DNA from: Camelus dromedarius
Lineage: Eukaryota
Length of the DNA stretch: 64,000 nt
Reading direction: 5' to 3'
NCBI RefSeq assembly: GCF_036321535.1
Contig: NC_087444.1
Span: 44,764,001 to 44,828,000, forward strand
Below are positions 1 through 14,379 of this stretch, one piece after another. How positions within the stretch are numbered: the first letter of the stretch is position 1; each line of letters begins with the position of its first letter. Position numbers and translations under genes: made by a program. The notes under the pieces are model-generated. The model was not told where the DNA came from. It searched no databases and saw only the letters and a program-made list of their open reading frames with translations.

Positions 1-1439
1 TCTTTGTTATATATGACATTCAGAATATTAGACTTAATTGTTATTATACCTACTATTTTTAGAAATACCATTGCTACTAATAATTATATTATACTAATAT
101 AAATAGTAGCTGGCTTCTAGACCATGAATATTATTAGCAAGATCACCTCGTTCTCCAACAATTGACCAAGAAAAGCCATATGAACAGTGTTGATATTTAA
201 TGGATATTATACATTTATGAATCTTCTATACACTGTACCATCCTTTCCACAAGGTTCTTGACCAAAAGAATGTTTTAAACTTCTAACATTATTTAAATCA
301 ACAGGCAATAAACAATATCAACATCATTTTAAAAAACTACATTGCTAAGAGATTAATAAAATTATTATTTATTTAAAAAAAGAACTAAAATCTTTAAGCT
401 CTTGTTGATTATACTTTTCCTCCTTGTTTTAAATCGATGGCTTCTACTGCACTTTTGAAATCTCTCTGGTCTAGAATTGTAGTCACAATGTTAATGTAAT
501 ATATAATTGTATCTCAGCTATGAAGCTCAGGTTAATGTTAAAAGGGCATGGTTTCCACCATAAATCCACAGCAGGAGAAAAAGGACTAAAAAAATGACCA
601 TTAAAGGACATTAACTTTAAAGGCAAGGGCACAAGTTTAAAACAAAAATAGCTCAGCTGGAGTAAACATGAAAAAATTTGGTATTCTTCATGAAGTGCCA
701 AGTGGACTTTTTAATCTATAGACAAAAAGTTATATACACTAAAACTTTTAACCTAAAGTTTCTGGATAATCATTGTCTTTTTTTTACCTAATAGAATCAG
801 TCTGTAACTGGCCATTTCTACCCATAGGAAAATGGGGTGGCAGAATGAGAAAGGTATCCTCGGGAACAGAAGCAGAAAGAAACAGAAGAGTAACACTATT
901 AAACAACAGCTCTACCTGAGGGAGAAATGTTTTTCCTCAGAAGCCTACAGGGCCAATGACATTCTACGAACTACCGGAAACATGGTCGCTCACCGGAAAG
1001 AGGAAAGAAAAGTAATATGCTAACTTTTCCTCCCATATTTTTTTTTACTCTAAGATAAAAATAATTTGTCTAACAGAGCCAAGGAGAAGGAAATACTTTT
1101 CTTCCTTCGTAAGGAAAATTTTGGAACTCCCTGAATAAAATAAGATTTTTTTATGTTTAAAAGAAGGAAAAAAAGGAAGAAGAAACACCTAACATTTTCA
1201 TATCAGACAAATTCAGACAAAGGAAATACTCAACTTCTCAAATGACCTGCCTATATAAAGATTTAAAGTGATGGATTTGAGGGTAAGTAATAAATGCAAA
1301 ATAAGACATTATTTAATTTAATATGGTCCAATAAATAAGATTTCTTAAAGTTAATTAAACAGAATTATTCTAATCACAGTAAACTAAAGGCTGAGTCTTT
1401 AAACAACATCCTAAACTTATTATGCCCCAAAATGAGCTC

Positions 1440-2185
1440 TAATCTTTCATCTACAAAACCTGCTCTTGGACTTCTCAGTGTGGGGACTCTTACTCAGCTG
1501 CTTGGGCCAAAATCCTTGAAGACCTCCATGACTCACACTCCACATCCAATAGGCCAACAAAGCCTTTCAAATCTATCTTCAAATGCATCCACAATCTACC
1601 TCTTCCCACCGCCTCCACCCATCCAAGTCACTATCACATCTCAACTGGTTTCCTGGCTTCAGCCCTTGCCTCCTACATTTTCTTCTCAAACCAGCAATCA
1701 GTGATCCTTTTAAAGGCTGATCACATCCATCCTCTGTTTAAACGTCTCTTACCGAGTGAAGCCCTACAGAAGCAACTCGCCTCTCCTTACCTCCCAGACT
1801 CATCTCCAGCCCTGCCCCTCTTCCTTTCTTGGGCTCCAGCCACCCTGAGGCCTCCTCGTTGGTCCCCCAACACTTCAAGCACCCTCCTGCCCTAGAGCTT
1901 TGTACTCCCTATTTGCTCTACCTGGGACGCTCCTCTCCTAGATATGCTCGTGGCTGAGTCCCTATCTCTCTCAGCTAAACTGTCACCTAGCCTTTGATGA
2001 CAACCTAGAACAAAATATTTAAGAGTGCAACCTGCAACCACTCCCAGCACTCCCCCATCTCCCTTAATGTCTGTCACCCCAGCTAGAATGTAAGCTACAC
2101 AAGGGCAGGGATTTTTGTTCACTGATGAACCTTAAGTTCCTAGAACAGTGCCTAGCACATAGTAGGTATTCTTTTGTTGAATGAA
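1440..2185 (+). mobile_element. L2 LINE 3' fragment
   Basis: Ends with the L2 3' signature ctagaatgtaagct..cagggcagggattt..cctagaacagtgcctagcacatagtagg..ttgttgaatgaat. Boundaries approximate. Confidence 0.65.
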
Positions 2186-3899
2186 TAGGAGTTTTATTCT
2201 TATGTTTGTGGAGAATCTGTTCTTCTCCAAGGCTTCCTACACACCCTTGCCAAATAGCACCCACTGGCAACCAAAGACCAGAGCAAAAACATTCCCTTCT
2301 GACTACCAACTGATACTTAACATTTCTGAGGCTGCACAGCATAAGGCAGTGGCAGTATAAATGGCATGAATTCAGATCACACGTGGTCCAGACTAGTGCT
2401 TTCCCTCTAAATAGCCAGACAAAAAACAGTATTTTAGAAGAAAGAGCCAGTTTTCAGGTGAACAAATTCCAAACTAAAAGAAGAAATATACATATAGGAA
2501 GAATTGTGCTACATAACTTCAGAGTAGAAAATAAGCTTGTTCCATGTCTGTCCGTCTGCGAGAAGAGAGAGATGTATAATACCGTATTTGAGGAAAACTG
2601 GATCTGTCCTGCACTCTAACTCAACCAGTGGAAATTAATTTACAAAGTTATTAAAGTTTCCAAATCTATACTTTGATGTAGTCATCATCCCATTTCATTA
2701 AAATTTTTAAATGTATGGTTACTTTCATAAATTTAAAGATAAATATCAATTTAGTCACAAAATATAGGAGTTAAACCAAACAAATACCAATTTTGACCCA
2801 AGATACTGAAAAGTGATCATGAAAATAAGCTCTGTCCAAAGAGAGAACTAAAATGATTGGGGGGAGGGGAGGCGTGAGGGTGAAGTCCAAGCTTTGCATT
2901 GGGAAAATCTGGCCAGGACACATGTGGAGGTGGGATGCCAGCTGCACGTTTGGGGAGGTATGGAGGAAGAAGCCAGAAGAGGCCACACTGAGAACCCATG
3001 GAAGTGGGATGTGGAAAAATCAATGCGGCAAAACTGGGGCTGGACAGGAAAAGGCCAGCAAGGTAGACCCACGGCACCAGGACTCCTTTCTGCCAACAGT
3101 GACCCTGAGCCTGATTGCTGAGAGGCCTCTGGAAACAATGAAAGGTGCTTCAGAAAGCATCACAGTGCATCAGCACTCTGAGCAACAAACTGCTCTCCGT
3201 GCCTCTGAGCAGAAGTCCTACTGAGCTTTAACAGACCTCCTCAAACACCTGGGCAACTGTAAGCCTTAAAATGAAGGGCAAACTTACCACTGCTGTTAGA
3301 AGGCAAGACTGGTTATCCTCTGGCAGGGAGAGGGACAGAAACAAGGCTCCCGGGGTGCTGGTACTTTTTTTTTTTTTTTTTTTTTTAATTCTAGGTGCTG
3401 CTTAATAATGTGTTCACTTTGAGAACACTCATGGAGCTAGACTCATGACTTATGTACTCTTCTGATTGTGCATCAAACGTCAATAAAAAAAGTTCCCCCC
3501 AACTAACAAAGGACCATGACCCACTGTTTTTCAGAGGCTGCAGGCATGTTAGAAATGGTAGATGCTCTTAGTGGGAAGTTCCCAAGACCCAGACTTCTTC
3601 ACCACACATAGAGGATGCTAAGAAAATTAACTAAAGGAAAAAATTAAAGCCCACAGCTTTATAGAGATAGCTCCTACCTATAGCTAAAACCAAGGGCTAG
3701 GCAGACTTTCATTTCCTCTAATTAGTCAGCATTCACCTGTCACTCAGTGTCCAAAAAAATGCTCCTTCCAGGCACATAAACATCCTTAACAAAGAGAAAA
3801 AAAGCCTCAAATTGCATATAGGATAAAAATGAACTTTAAAATGGTCATTTCCATATTCCCAATATAACCCTGTTAAATAATCAAGCCAGAAAAGAGTAG

Positions 3900-5087
3900 T
3901 GTAGTATAAGAAATAAATTTGTTCTTTGTCCCCAGATTCCTGGCACAAAGCTTCTAAAACCCTTGGAATGCCTTGAAGTTAGGAGTTTTGGGGGTTCTTT
4001 TAAAATACCTTTACTGTGGTATAATTCCTGCATAGTAAACTACACATATTTCAGATGTACAATTTAATGAAATTTGACAGATGTATACAACAATAAAACT
4101 ACCACCACAACTAAGACAACTAACATTTCCATCACTCCCCAAGAGGTGTAAATTTCCAACTCCTGATTTAACCCTTCCCACCTCCTTTACCCACTGGTAA
4201 CCATAAGTTTGTTCTCTGTGTTTGTGAGTCTGTTTCTGTTTTGTAGATAAGTTCATTTGTGTCCTTTTTTTTAGATTCGACATATAAGCAATATCATATG
4301 GCATTAAGTTAGGAGTTTTTTGTAAATCACGAGAAGTCCCCTCTTAAGCACACCCAAGTTTATGTAAAAGAGGCAACTTGGAGGGGCTATGCTAGGTAGC
4401 CTCAGGATGGGGCTCGTCCCCAGAAAGGCCAAGTGATTAGAGGGTTGGAACTTTCAGCCCCACCCCCTTAACCTCTGGGAAGGAGAAGGGGGGGCTGCAG
4501 ATTAAGCTCTATAAAAACTCTTGAATAATGAGGTCTGATGAGTTTCTGGGTTGGTGAATGCATCCACATGCTGGGAGAATGGCACAGCTCAGTTCCATAG
4601 GGGCAGAAGCTCCTGTGCTAAGGACTCTTCCGGACCATATCCTAGGTACTTCTTTATCTGGCAGTTCATCTGTATCCTTTATAACTAACTAGTGAATGTT
4701 AAGTGTTTCTCTGAGATTTGTGAGCTGCTCTAGTAAATTAATCAAACCTGGGGTGGTGGTGGAGGTGGTGACTGTGAGAACCTTTGATCTGTAGCCAGTT
4801 GGTCAGAAGCATAGCTAACAACCTGGACCTGGCAACTGGCATCTGAAGTGGGGAGGTGAGGGTGGGGGGTAGTGTGGTCTAATGAGGCTGAACCCTTAAC
4901 CTATGGGATCTGACGCTATCTGCAGGTAGACAGTGTCAGAATTGAGTTAAATTGTAGGGTACCCAGCGGGTGTCCAGAGAATCTGAGACTTGCTTGATGT
5001 GTGAAAAATCCAAATATCTGGTGTCAGAAGTGGAGGTGCTGAAGTGTGAGAGGAAAGAAAACACAGGAAGAGTATTTTTCCCTTATA
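3900..5087 (+). mobile_element. MER21-like solo LTR, interrupted by an L1 fragment
   Basis: Start tgtagtataagaaataaatttg..cctggcacaaagcttctaaaacccttggaat; internal gagggttggaactttcagcccca and tcagaattgagttaaattgtagg resemble MER21B/C. Confidence 0.65.
3990..4305 (-). mobile_element. Truncated L1 3' end inserted in the MER21-like LTR
   Basis: ctggtaaccataagtttgttctc..ttagattcgacatataag is an antisense L1 3' UTR. It is flanked by a 14-bp target-site duplication aagttaggagtttt (3976-3989 and 4306-4319). Confidence 0.7.
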
Positions 5088-5566
5088 AGTAGACACATAA
5101 ATATTCCAACTGCTGAGCACTTCTAGACCACTTAAAATCAGGGTTCTCAGAGCAGCGCCTTCAGGATTTTGCAGGTGATCTGATTCCAGTCTCTCAGAGT
5201 ATTCACATTTATTGTATTAAAATGACTACACATCTACTTTCTGGTATTAATTACCAGTTCATTAGTTGCTTTTCTTTTAAAGCATCAGTCACAAGTAGAA
5301 CACGTCTTTTCACTTGCTTTGTGGACTCCCAAGCTGGAGAACCATGACTGTCTTAAAGCACACTGGATCATTCCAGAAATGGCTGTTACTAGTTCTCTTG
5401 ACTCTAGCCTATGTTCCTTTCAGGATATTCTCCTGATAACAGGTGCCTGGAAAGACTGCAAGCTGACAGAAAACAAAGGAAAGTATGAAGAGCCTTACAG
5501 CCATCCATCCCAGACCTGTCTACCAAACTCTCCCAGTTTCTAGGCTTTGAGACTGGCATCTCAGGG

Positions 5567-5848
5567 CAAGGGTCACAAATTTTTTTTCTGTAAAGGGCTG
5601 GACAGTGAACATTTTAGGCTTTATGGGACAGTCTCCATCACAACTGCTCAACTCTGCCTGAAAGCAGATAATAGGTAAGCAAGCATGGCTGTGCTCCAAT
5701 ACAAATTAATCATAGCCACTCAAATTTGAATTTCATAAAATTTTCATGTGTCACGAAACAGTCTTCTTTAGATTTTTTCCAACAATTTAAAGATGTAAAA
5801 ACTCTCCCCAGTCTCTCTGGCCCACAGTCCATAGTTTGCCAAGCCCTG
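5567..5848 (-). mobile_element. MER58-like hAT-Charlie DNA transposon
   Basis: Terminal motifs (caagggtcacaaa..ctgtaaagggc and tagtttgccaagccctg) and internal caaatttgaatttcataaaattttcatgtgtcacgaaa match MER58B in reverse. Confidence 0.7.
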
Positions 5849-6644
5849 GTTTGCTAAAGGTATCCGAGCTAGACCTGGTAAATAAATCCTAGTTGAGTTC
5901 TCACTAGCCTGCTCCAGTGCCCCTGGCAAACCCAACCTCACTGGGTCTTAGCAGTGAAAACACTTACAAAGATCGAATGACACAGTAGGCCTATTGTCAT
6001 TCCCCTTCCCTACTGAAGCTGTTTATTTGCAGAGTATATTTGGAGGAAGAAACGTGTTTTGTAAATGATGAAATCTGTCCAATGTTCTTTTCACCTAAAG
6101 CACAGAATGCTAGTGGGAACTCACTCACTGCCCTTTGCGAGTACACCACAACATATTCAACAACCCATGTTGTTTTTCCTTTTCCTCATCACCCACAATC
6201 CAAACAGCCCAGTTATCCAAGAAATACCAAGGGCTGAGAAAGAGATGAAAGGATAAAGACAAGGCCATCTGTCTTTTCTTTAGTGTCAAAGGAATCTCTC
6301 TCTCGACTTGCATGGGGAGATGATACCAGCTACCTTTCCGGCAGGATGTCAATATACTCAAACAATACTTATTACCACTCACCATGGAATTCTAATTTTA
6401 CCACATACCCAAAATTTATCTCTTTCAACTACAAAGATCCTGCAATCTAAAAAATGCATATTTAGCACTGCTATATGTTTTTGGATGTTGTCAGAAGAGT
6501 GAATTTCATATATATCAGAGGAAATAACTGACACTTCAATTTATACTTTTTTTCAAAATGTACAACGTTATTCCTTTTTCCAATTATTTTTTAAAGTTTT
6601 AATATGACAGTAAATCCAAAAAGAATGTTTTAAACAGGATGGAT

Positions 6645-6815
6645 AAACAGAAGACTGGGCTTTGAACCCATACATCTGGCTTGAATCTAGAATGTTCACT
6701 TAAGTTGATGGTGGGTTGATTTACCCCTGGAATAAAATCCAAATCTCCCCTCTTAATTTCCTCATCTCTAAAAAGGAGATGATAATGCCTACCTACTTCA
6801 GGGGGTTGATGATAC
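6645..6815 (+). mobile_element. MIR SINE fragment
   Basis: MIR core-like ttaatttcctcatctctaaaaaggagatgataatgcctacctac. Confidence 0.5.
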
Positions 6816-8139
6816 ACAGAAAGTATTTTATAAACTCTCCTGATTTATGTCACTGTAAAATGCTATTTTAGCCTTTTTCCAAAACTGCCAATTTGGCAAC
6901 TTTTTGTCACTTAACTATAAATGTCTGCTGCAAAAAATCTTCTAGTAAATATATATGATACTAAATTACAGCTAATTTAATCACAACTTCATATCATTAA
7001 GAACTTCTGGAAGACAGTTATAATTTTTAAATTCCCCACTATCAAATATGGTTTTTTACTATAAATCCAAATTTCCACAATGAAGGTGTGATTCAAAAGA
7101 AATTCAGCACTAAATTGCAAAAGGCAATCTTGCCCTCAAACCTTCTTATTAATTAGACTGTAATAGGATTAAAACAAAGAACAGTGCTGAATGTTCAACA
7201 CCAAGACTAACGAGGAAAGCCTCACAGGAGGTGTCAAAAGTTGAAGACTGGTTCTGTTCTCCTCTCTTCTTCTGAATATATAAACTATGGTTAAATGACA
7301 ATATCATTCTACTTTCTACTTTGTACTATATCTGTCAGCTGTCAATTACAACAACAACCAAAAGAAAATTACATCCTAACAGGTACTATCGTTTCAGACA
7401 CCTCTGGAAGAGGAAGGAAAAGAAGATTTAAAAAAAAAAAAATGTGTTGTTGGATCATTCTTTACAGTCCTTAGAGACTAAGTAAAAGAGTTAGACATAG
7501 TCATTATTCAGAAGGTAGATTTTCAGAGAAAACAAAGAACTGAAATAAATTACCCTAGACAGAAGAGAAATGAAGACCTGGGTGATTCAGTACTAGTTCC
7601 GGCCTGGGTGACTCAGAGTCTGCAGTAAGGAGTATGTGGTATCAGCTTTCCTGATACATAAACTAACACGTACTATTTCATCTTCAAAAGGCAAAGAGAA
7701 GTAACCTGGCATCACAAAGAAAAGTAAAGTATCCAGACGGGCTACTTTCTGACCAACTTTCTGAGGAGAAGGCCTGGGATTAGAACTGTGGACCCTACCC
7801 TGGCTTTGCCCCACACCAGCCCTCTGACCCTTGAACTGGTCCTTCCTCGTCTCTGGAGACTAGTTTCACCACCAGTGAGATGTAGGGGTTGGCTCAGGTG
7901 ATTTCTGAGGTCCTGTCTACCATGAAGAATCTACAAATGTGGGATATTTTAATTCAGTCTTTAAACTCACATAATAATGTGTCCTTGGAAGGAGCAGCTC
8001 TATTTTAGCAGTGATGAAAATTAATCTGTATACAGAACCTCAGGAATGATACCTGCCCAATATTACAGCTGGTATCAACAGGGACAGATCAACACATCTA
8101 CCTCCAAAAGGCTTTGGCTCTGGCTCTTCTCTCTAAACC

Positions 8140-8361
8140 AATGGTTCTCAGCTAAGGGGCAGCTTTGCTCCCTGGGAGCACTGGCAATTTCTAGAGACAT
8201 TTCTGGTTGTCACAAAACGGACAGAGAGGCTACGTGCTACTGACATCCAGAGGACAGAGGCCAGGGGTGCTGCTAAACATCCTACAATGCCCAGCACAGC
8301 CTCCACAACAAAGAATTATCCAGCCCAAAATATCAATAGTGGCAAAGCTGAGAAACCCTGC
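8140..8361 (+). mobile_element. MER20 DNA transposon
   Basis: tggttctca..gagacatttctggttgtcacaa..gctgctaaacatcctacaatgc..aaagaattatccagcccaaaa..gctgagaaaccctg. Confidence 0.8.
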
Positions 8362-8549
8362 TGTTAACTAAGGAAGGCTTCTAGTCCTCAGGGCCATAAC
8401 ACCAGCATCAAAGGCACCAGGAACCCTGGAAATACATGCATACTTTTTTTAAAAAAATAAGAAAAGTACTATAGCAGTTATCAGATTCTAACAAAAGTCT
8501 GAGTCCCTCGCCGCAAAACCGCCCCCCCCCAATAATCTTAAAACCATTG

Positions 8550-9330
8550 TATATACAGAATTGTACCATTTGGTTTTTTTTATGGTGGTATAGTCATACC
8601 CTGGCATGCCAAACAGCAATGAAAAAGATCAGACTACAGCTACATGAAACAGTAGGGATAAATTTCACAGACATAACAGTGAACTTCAGCAGCAGATACC
8701 AAAAAAAGATGTACCGCACAATTCCATTTATATGGATTTTAAGAAAAGAAAAAACTAATCTGTGGTGCTAGAAATCAGAACACTGGTTATCCTGAGGGTT
8801 GGGGAATGACTGGGAGGGAGCACAACAGAACTTTCCTGGCACTATAGACTGAAACATGTCCCTCCAAAATTCATATGTTGAAGTCCTAACCCCTAATCTG
8901 ATGGCATTTGGAGGAGGGGCCTTTGAGAGGTAATCAGATTTAGATAAGGTCACAAAGAGGGGACCCTCATGGTGGGATGAGTACCCTACTAGGAAGAGAC
9001 ACCAGAAAGCTCCTTCTTCTACCTCCCACCCCCACTCTACACACACATTCACCCAGGAAAGAACATGTGAGCACATTCAAGATGGCGGCCATCTACAAGC
9101 CAGGTAGAGGGTCCTCACCAGAACCAAACCACATGACATGCTGGTCTCAGACTTACAGCTTTCAGAGCTGTGAAAAAACAAACTTCTGTTGTTTAAGCCA
9201 CTCAGGCTATGGTAGTTTATACGGCAGCCCAAGCTAAGATCCTGGGGTATTGGAAATATTCTATATCTCAACATGGGTGGTAGTCACATGAGTGAATAAA
9301 TATTTAAAAATTCATTAAGCTGCTTTCTCT
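8550..9330 (+). mobile_element. Old L1 (L1ME-like) 3' fragment split by an MaLR LTR
   Basis: cattccatttatatgg..aaaactaatctgtggtgctagaaatcagaac before the LTR; ttctatatctcaacatgggtggtagtcacatgag..aaaaattcattaagctg after it. Confidence 0.55.
8844..9238 (+). mobile_element. MLT1A-like MaLR solo LTR
   Basis: ctatagactgaaacatgtccctccaaaattcatatgttgaagtcctaacccc ... aaacttctgttgtttaagccac..ggcagcccaagctaaga. Confidence 0.8.
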
Positions 9331-10129
9331 TTCTACACACACAGGTGCGCGCACACACACACAGGTTTGTTCACAGATAGCATTCAGAAGAAATAGCAAG
9401 AAACATAACATCAACACAGCAAGAAACTTAGCATTACCTGCAGAGAGAGAGCAAAGCTATGAGTGGGAGATTTCTACTTTCCACTTTATACCCTCTGTCA
9501 ATCTGAATTTTTTCCCGTAAGTGTACATGACCTTTTCAAATTTTAATAACTTATTCATTTAAAAACTGCTCTAAACTCCCTGTTTCAGAGTGTTTGTCTC
9601 ACCGCTGCCCAGAATCCTGGATGGCAATGGATGTAAAGTCCACACCCCAGCTCTGCTTCTTGCACTCATACTCCAACCCTGGAGTCCCCAGGCACTGCCT
9701 GCGCATTTCCACTCAAACCCATAACTGTCACACCCAGTATGTCTCAAAGTGCAGTTATCCACTCACAACCACCACCACCATCATCAGCTGCCCTCCCAAC
9801 ACCCCCATCCCTGACCTGTGTCCTGGCTTCTCTCAGATTCTAACTCTCCCTTCCCGTTGCCTCTGTATGTGACCTTGGATTGTTTCTTTACAGGTATTCT
9901 CCGCTCTCCAGACTCAAGAACCAAAACATATGCAGATACATTTTCGAGAGAAAGCAGGTAGCTATTATTCCTCATTATCCAAACTACTGCTACTCCCTAA
10001 CAAAATCTCAGGAAACCAAAGACCATAGATTCAGACAACATATATCCCTCACTCTCCAAAACTCTCATAACCTAAACAGATTTAGATAGCAAGGGATGTT
10101 TCATTTTTGCAGTGTCTTCTGTTGCTTCT

Positions 10130-10285
10130 TTTCTTTTCCCAGCTTTATTGAGACATAACTGACATATAACACTGTATAATTTTAAGGCATACACAATGAT
10201 CTGATAGACATATATACTGCAAAATGATTAGCACAATAAGGCTAGTCTAACTGTTGCTTCCATCCACATCACCACACAAGACCAG
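10130..10285 (-). mobile_element. L1 extreme 3' end fragment
   Basis: agctttattgagacataactgacatataacactgtataattttaagg, antisense L1MA-type 3' terminus. Confidence 0.55.
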
Positions 10286-10574
10286 ACTTCAATCTCTTCC
10301 ATCTTGCTAGATGTGCGCACTTCTTCTAGTCCCTCCCAACTCTGTGTACTGTGGTCATCATCACTTTCCCTATGTTGCTCCTGCTCAAAAGCCCTCAATG
10401 CCTCCCATTCACGGGATCTAGATGCAGCACTGCTCTTAGGGAAACCCTGCGTAGTTACCTGATGTACTCTGTCCCTGGCCATCCTCGTACATCTCTGCTC
10501 TGTGCCCTTGCTCACGCCATTTTTTGCAACCAGGAACATCTACTCATCTTCCACTGCACCCCTGAGATCCAGCC

Positions 10575-10710
10575 AGGAACTCTACTCTCTAGCTGGGTGA
10601 CTTCGAGCAAGTTAATTACTCCCTCTGGGCCTTGCTTGTAAAATGGATAAACAGTTGTACCTCCCTTGCCTGCCACCCAGTAACCACTCAAATATTAGCT
10701 ATCATTTTTA
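10575..10710 (+). mobile_element. MIR SINE fragment
   Basis: ctagctgggtgacttcgagcaagttaattactccctctgggcc..gtaaaatggataa. Confidence 0.6.
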
Positions 10711-11239
10711 CCACCAATTCAAGTCCTACCTACCAAATGGTTTCCTCGATCCCCATCCCACAGGAATCTCCCCTCATTGAAACTCTCTAGTCCATTTATT
10801 TATCTGCCTTACACATTTCTACACAGCCAATCCTCTGTTTTTGTGCTCCACAGGGTTTCTGCAGCCTCCTTATTTCACTCTGGAGCTCTTACAGAGCTAT
10901 TTTTGTCAATGTACAGTTGTTTATGTGCTGTTTTTGTTGTTTTTGTGGGGGGGACAAGCATCAGGACCTCTTACTCTGCCATCCTGCTGACATCATTCTC
11001 ATTTCCCTTGTATTATTGTCTATTAATATTCTCTCCCAAACAGCTTAAAGTATTTTACAGCTTTACTAAAAAAAAAAAATGTATCTCCAACAGTGCCCTT
11101 AAACAGCAGCTAGATCCTCAATATAGTCACTGCCAGAATAACCTTCTACAAACCTCCTAACTGTCTAATGACTCACTTTCTAAATTCTTATGTTGACCTT
11201 GTAAAGTCCACCAAAGTTAGAGCCCCATCTTCCTTCTTT

Positions 11240-12180
11240 CCTTCATTCATTTAAGAAATACTTATTGAGCATCTACCACATGCTAGGTACTATTTGTGCA
11301 AAGCAATGGGGATGGAGCTGTGGAAAAACCAGACGAGGTTCCCAGCTTCAGGGAGCTGATGTCTGTTACAAGACAGACAGTAAAAAAGAATAAACAAATA
11401 CACAAATGATGCCAGGTGTTGACAAGTGCTACAAAGGAGATAAAATAGGAGGATGTGGCAGAGTGGACTGTTTAACTGCTTTAGCTGGTGTGTTCTGAAA
11501 AGCTTCTTTTAAAGGGAAACCTTTGAGCATAGACCTGAATGAAGTAAAGGAGGTGTGCTATGTAGGTATTTGGGGGAAGAATGTTCATGTCAAGGAAACA
11601 GTAAATACAAAAGCCCCAAGGCAGAAGTGTATTTTGCAGAAGTGTACTGAAGAGCAGGAAGCCACATGGCTGAAGCACATAATCCTGGGCAAGGGTGGTG
11701 GGAGAAGGGGTCGGGGCAGGGTCAGATCATGTCAGCTTCCCAGCACCAGGTAAGGACTTTGGATTTCAGTCTAGGTGTGATGGTAGCCAGTGAAGGCGTG
11801 AGCCTTCTCTAAGGTTCACTTCCACTGCTGTGCACAGAACAGACTTGGGGTTGGGGTCAGGAGGACAAAGTAAGACCAGGGAGGCCAGTCAGCAGGCTAC
11901 TCCATCACCCAGATGTAATACATGAGACTGGCATGGACCAGGGTGATAGTGGGGGAAGAGACAAAAAATGGTCTGATTCATGTGTGTATTTTAAGAGAAG
12001 ATTTAGTGTAGATATGAATGGCTGATGTGAGAGGAGAAAGAAGTCAAGCATAATGCCAAGGTTTTAGGCCTGAGTTACTCAGACAGTGAAGACACCATTT
12101 ACCGAAATGAGGAAGACAGGGAAGGGAGTAGGCTTGGACATCAGAGGGCTGCCATGAGGATGGCATTAGATTATACAAGT
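11240..12180 (-). mobile_element. L2 LINE fragment
   Basis: Starts ttcattcatttaagaaatacttattgagcatctaccacatgctaggtact (antisense L2 3' end); purine-rich degenerate L2 body follows. Confidence 0.6.
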
Positions 12181-12479
12181 AAAGCCCATGGCAGAGACTC
12201 GCACACAGCCAGAGCTCAGGAAGTGATGGCTGTCCTTTTATCCACTGTCACTGGTTCCTTCTCCTAGAATTTAGATCTCTTCTTCCCTAAAATAATTTCT
12301 CATCAATAGGGAAAACTGGATGAGTACAGAGAACCCTGTCCTATCTTGCATATTTTCTATAAATCTGAAACAATTCTAAAATAAAAAGTTCATTTAAAAA
12401 AAATTCTCAACACCGTCCTCCTCTGTCTCCCACTCACTTCACAAAGAGATAGCCATCCTTTGTCACATCTCACTCGCTG

Positions 12480-13470
12480 ATCACCAACCGCAATCTAAGT
12501 TCTGCTTGCCTCCCTCCCATCTCCTGAATTCCTCAGCACTCACCAATGACCTAACTGCCAAATCCAATGGACTTTCATTCTTTCCTTTCTCACAGCCTTC
12601 GACACCCTGACCATTCCTTTCTTCCTGAAACTCTCTTTCCCTTGACTTGGAGATGCCACCTTCTCCTGGTTCTCCTCCTGCTTCTCCAGCTCCTCCCTCC
12701 CAGGCTCCTCTGCTGTGGTTTCTTTACCTACCCACCCCTCAAATGCCAAGCCTCTACCCTCCTCTTCTCCCACTATATATTTCTCTGGGTAACATCCACC
12801 TGGGCCATGGCTTCAACTACAATGAACTCCATGGCTACAACTACCAGAGGCCATTAATCTTCCACATGGCTACAGACATCTCTGAATCTGTTCACATACA
12901 CATGTGCTACAACAGAACCACACATACTCTTGAGCATGGAGAGTCAGAAGGCACAATGCTGCCCTGACCAAGAAAGTCCATCTAAGGACCCCTGGGGTCT
13001 CTCTGGGCCCAGGCAAGGACCCTGATCTATCAAAACAAACGTGACTTCCACACATCTATGCTCAGCCTAGCTCTATCCCCAGGCCAATATTTCCACTGTC
13101 CACCTGACATCTCTACACCTGGCTGACCAATGGGTGCCTCAAACTATACATACTCCAAACACCTCACTTCTCTCTCCTCTTAGCTACCACCTCCATCACC
13201 AGCCTCACTATTTCCCCCTCCTGCATTTCCATTCTCTCTTGGTAAAACAATCAGCACCCAATCAATTCAGCCAGAAACCACCTGGGAGTCACCTCAGGCT
13301 CTCCCGAGCATCCAGCCAATCTCCAGGTCTACCTCTCAAACCTTTTGCAAAGTTGAATGCTCATCTCCTTTGCCCCCACTCTAACCTCATGCTTTTCTCC
13401 TCATTACCTCAACAGTCAGTCTTCTAATCGACCCTCCCCTTGGCCAGAGAGGTCTTTCTGAAATGTTCCC
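12480..13470 (+). mobile_element. L2 LINE ORF2-region remnant
   Basis: caccaatgacctaactgccaaatccaatggac..cttcgacaccctgaccattcc..ttcctgaaactctc..ttctcctggttctcctcc, typical degenerate L2 RT region. Confidence 0.65.
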
Positions 13471-14379
13471 CCTGCCTTTATCCCCATGGGACACCTTCCA
13501 TCCCCTACAGGAGGAAGGGCTCATGCTTTGACACAGCCAAACAGGGTACCCTCCAAAGAATGGGCACTGTCACCCTTACCATCCTCATCTCCTTCTGCCC
13601 TTCCCCCAAAGATATCTGAGCAATTTGCTACTCCTTGGGGTGCCTCATGCTGCTTCCTCCCTTCAAACCCCGGCACATGCAGGAGCACACCTTACTATAA
13701 CACAAACCTACCCTGTCTCACGGGAACTCCTATGTATCTTGCAAAGTCAGCTGGGACAGTCCTACCTACCCGAAACCCCTTCCACACTATTCTGAACCTT
13801 ATTACTATTCTTTCCTGGACAGTTGGAAGGGTTGTGATGATTTCCTCCCAAGTCTGTCTCCCTTTCTACATGGAGAATTCCTATAGGGTAAGGTCCACAG
13901 ACTGCTCAGCTAGAACCCTCAGCTGCTAAGCTTGGCACATAAAAGGTACCAAATAAATGTGTGCTGGATAAAGTGACCTGTTCCTGAACACACCTCGGAT
14001 CCTCACCTCGGGGTCTTTACTCTGATAACTCCCTCTCCTTGGCACATCCATCTTTCCCTCTACCTTATTTTGTACTTAATTCCATCAAGAAGCAGGTTCA
14101 GACCCTCGAGTTCACCACATCGCCAATGTTCCCACCTTGTGGTATCTGCACTTGCTGCTCTCCTTCCAGGAGTGCTCTTCCTCTAGATATACCCCTCTCT
14201 GATTTCAGTCAGGTCTTTGTTCAGGTATCCTTGTCCTCTTTTTAAAAAACAGCCCTGACACTACATGTTACACCTGTGTGTTTACTGCTGGTGGTGTGCT
14301 CGACAGAGACAGCAGCTCAGTGATCACATGCCTCTCATTCACCACTGCATCCTCAAGCCTGGAATGGTGCCAGGAGCAT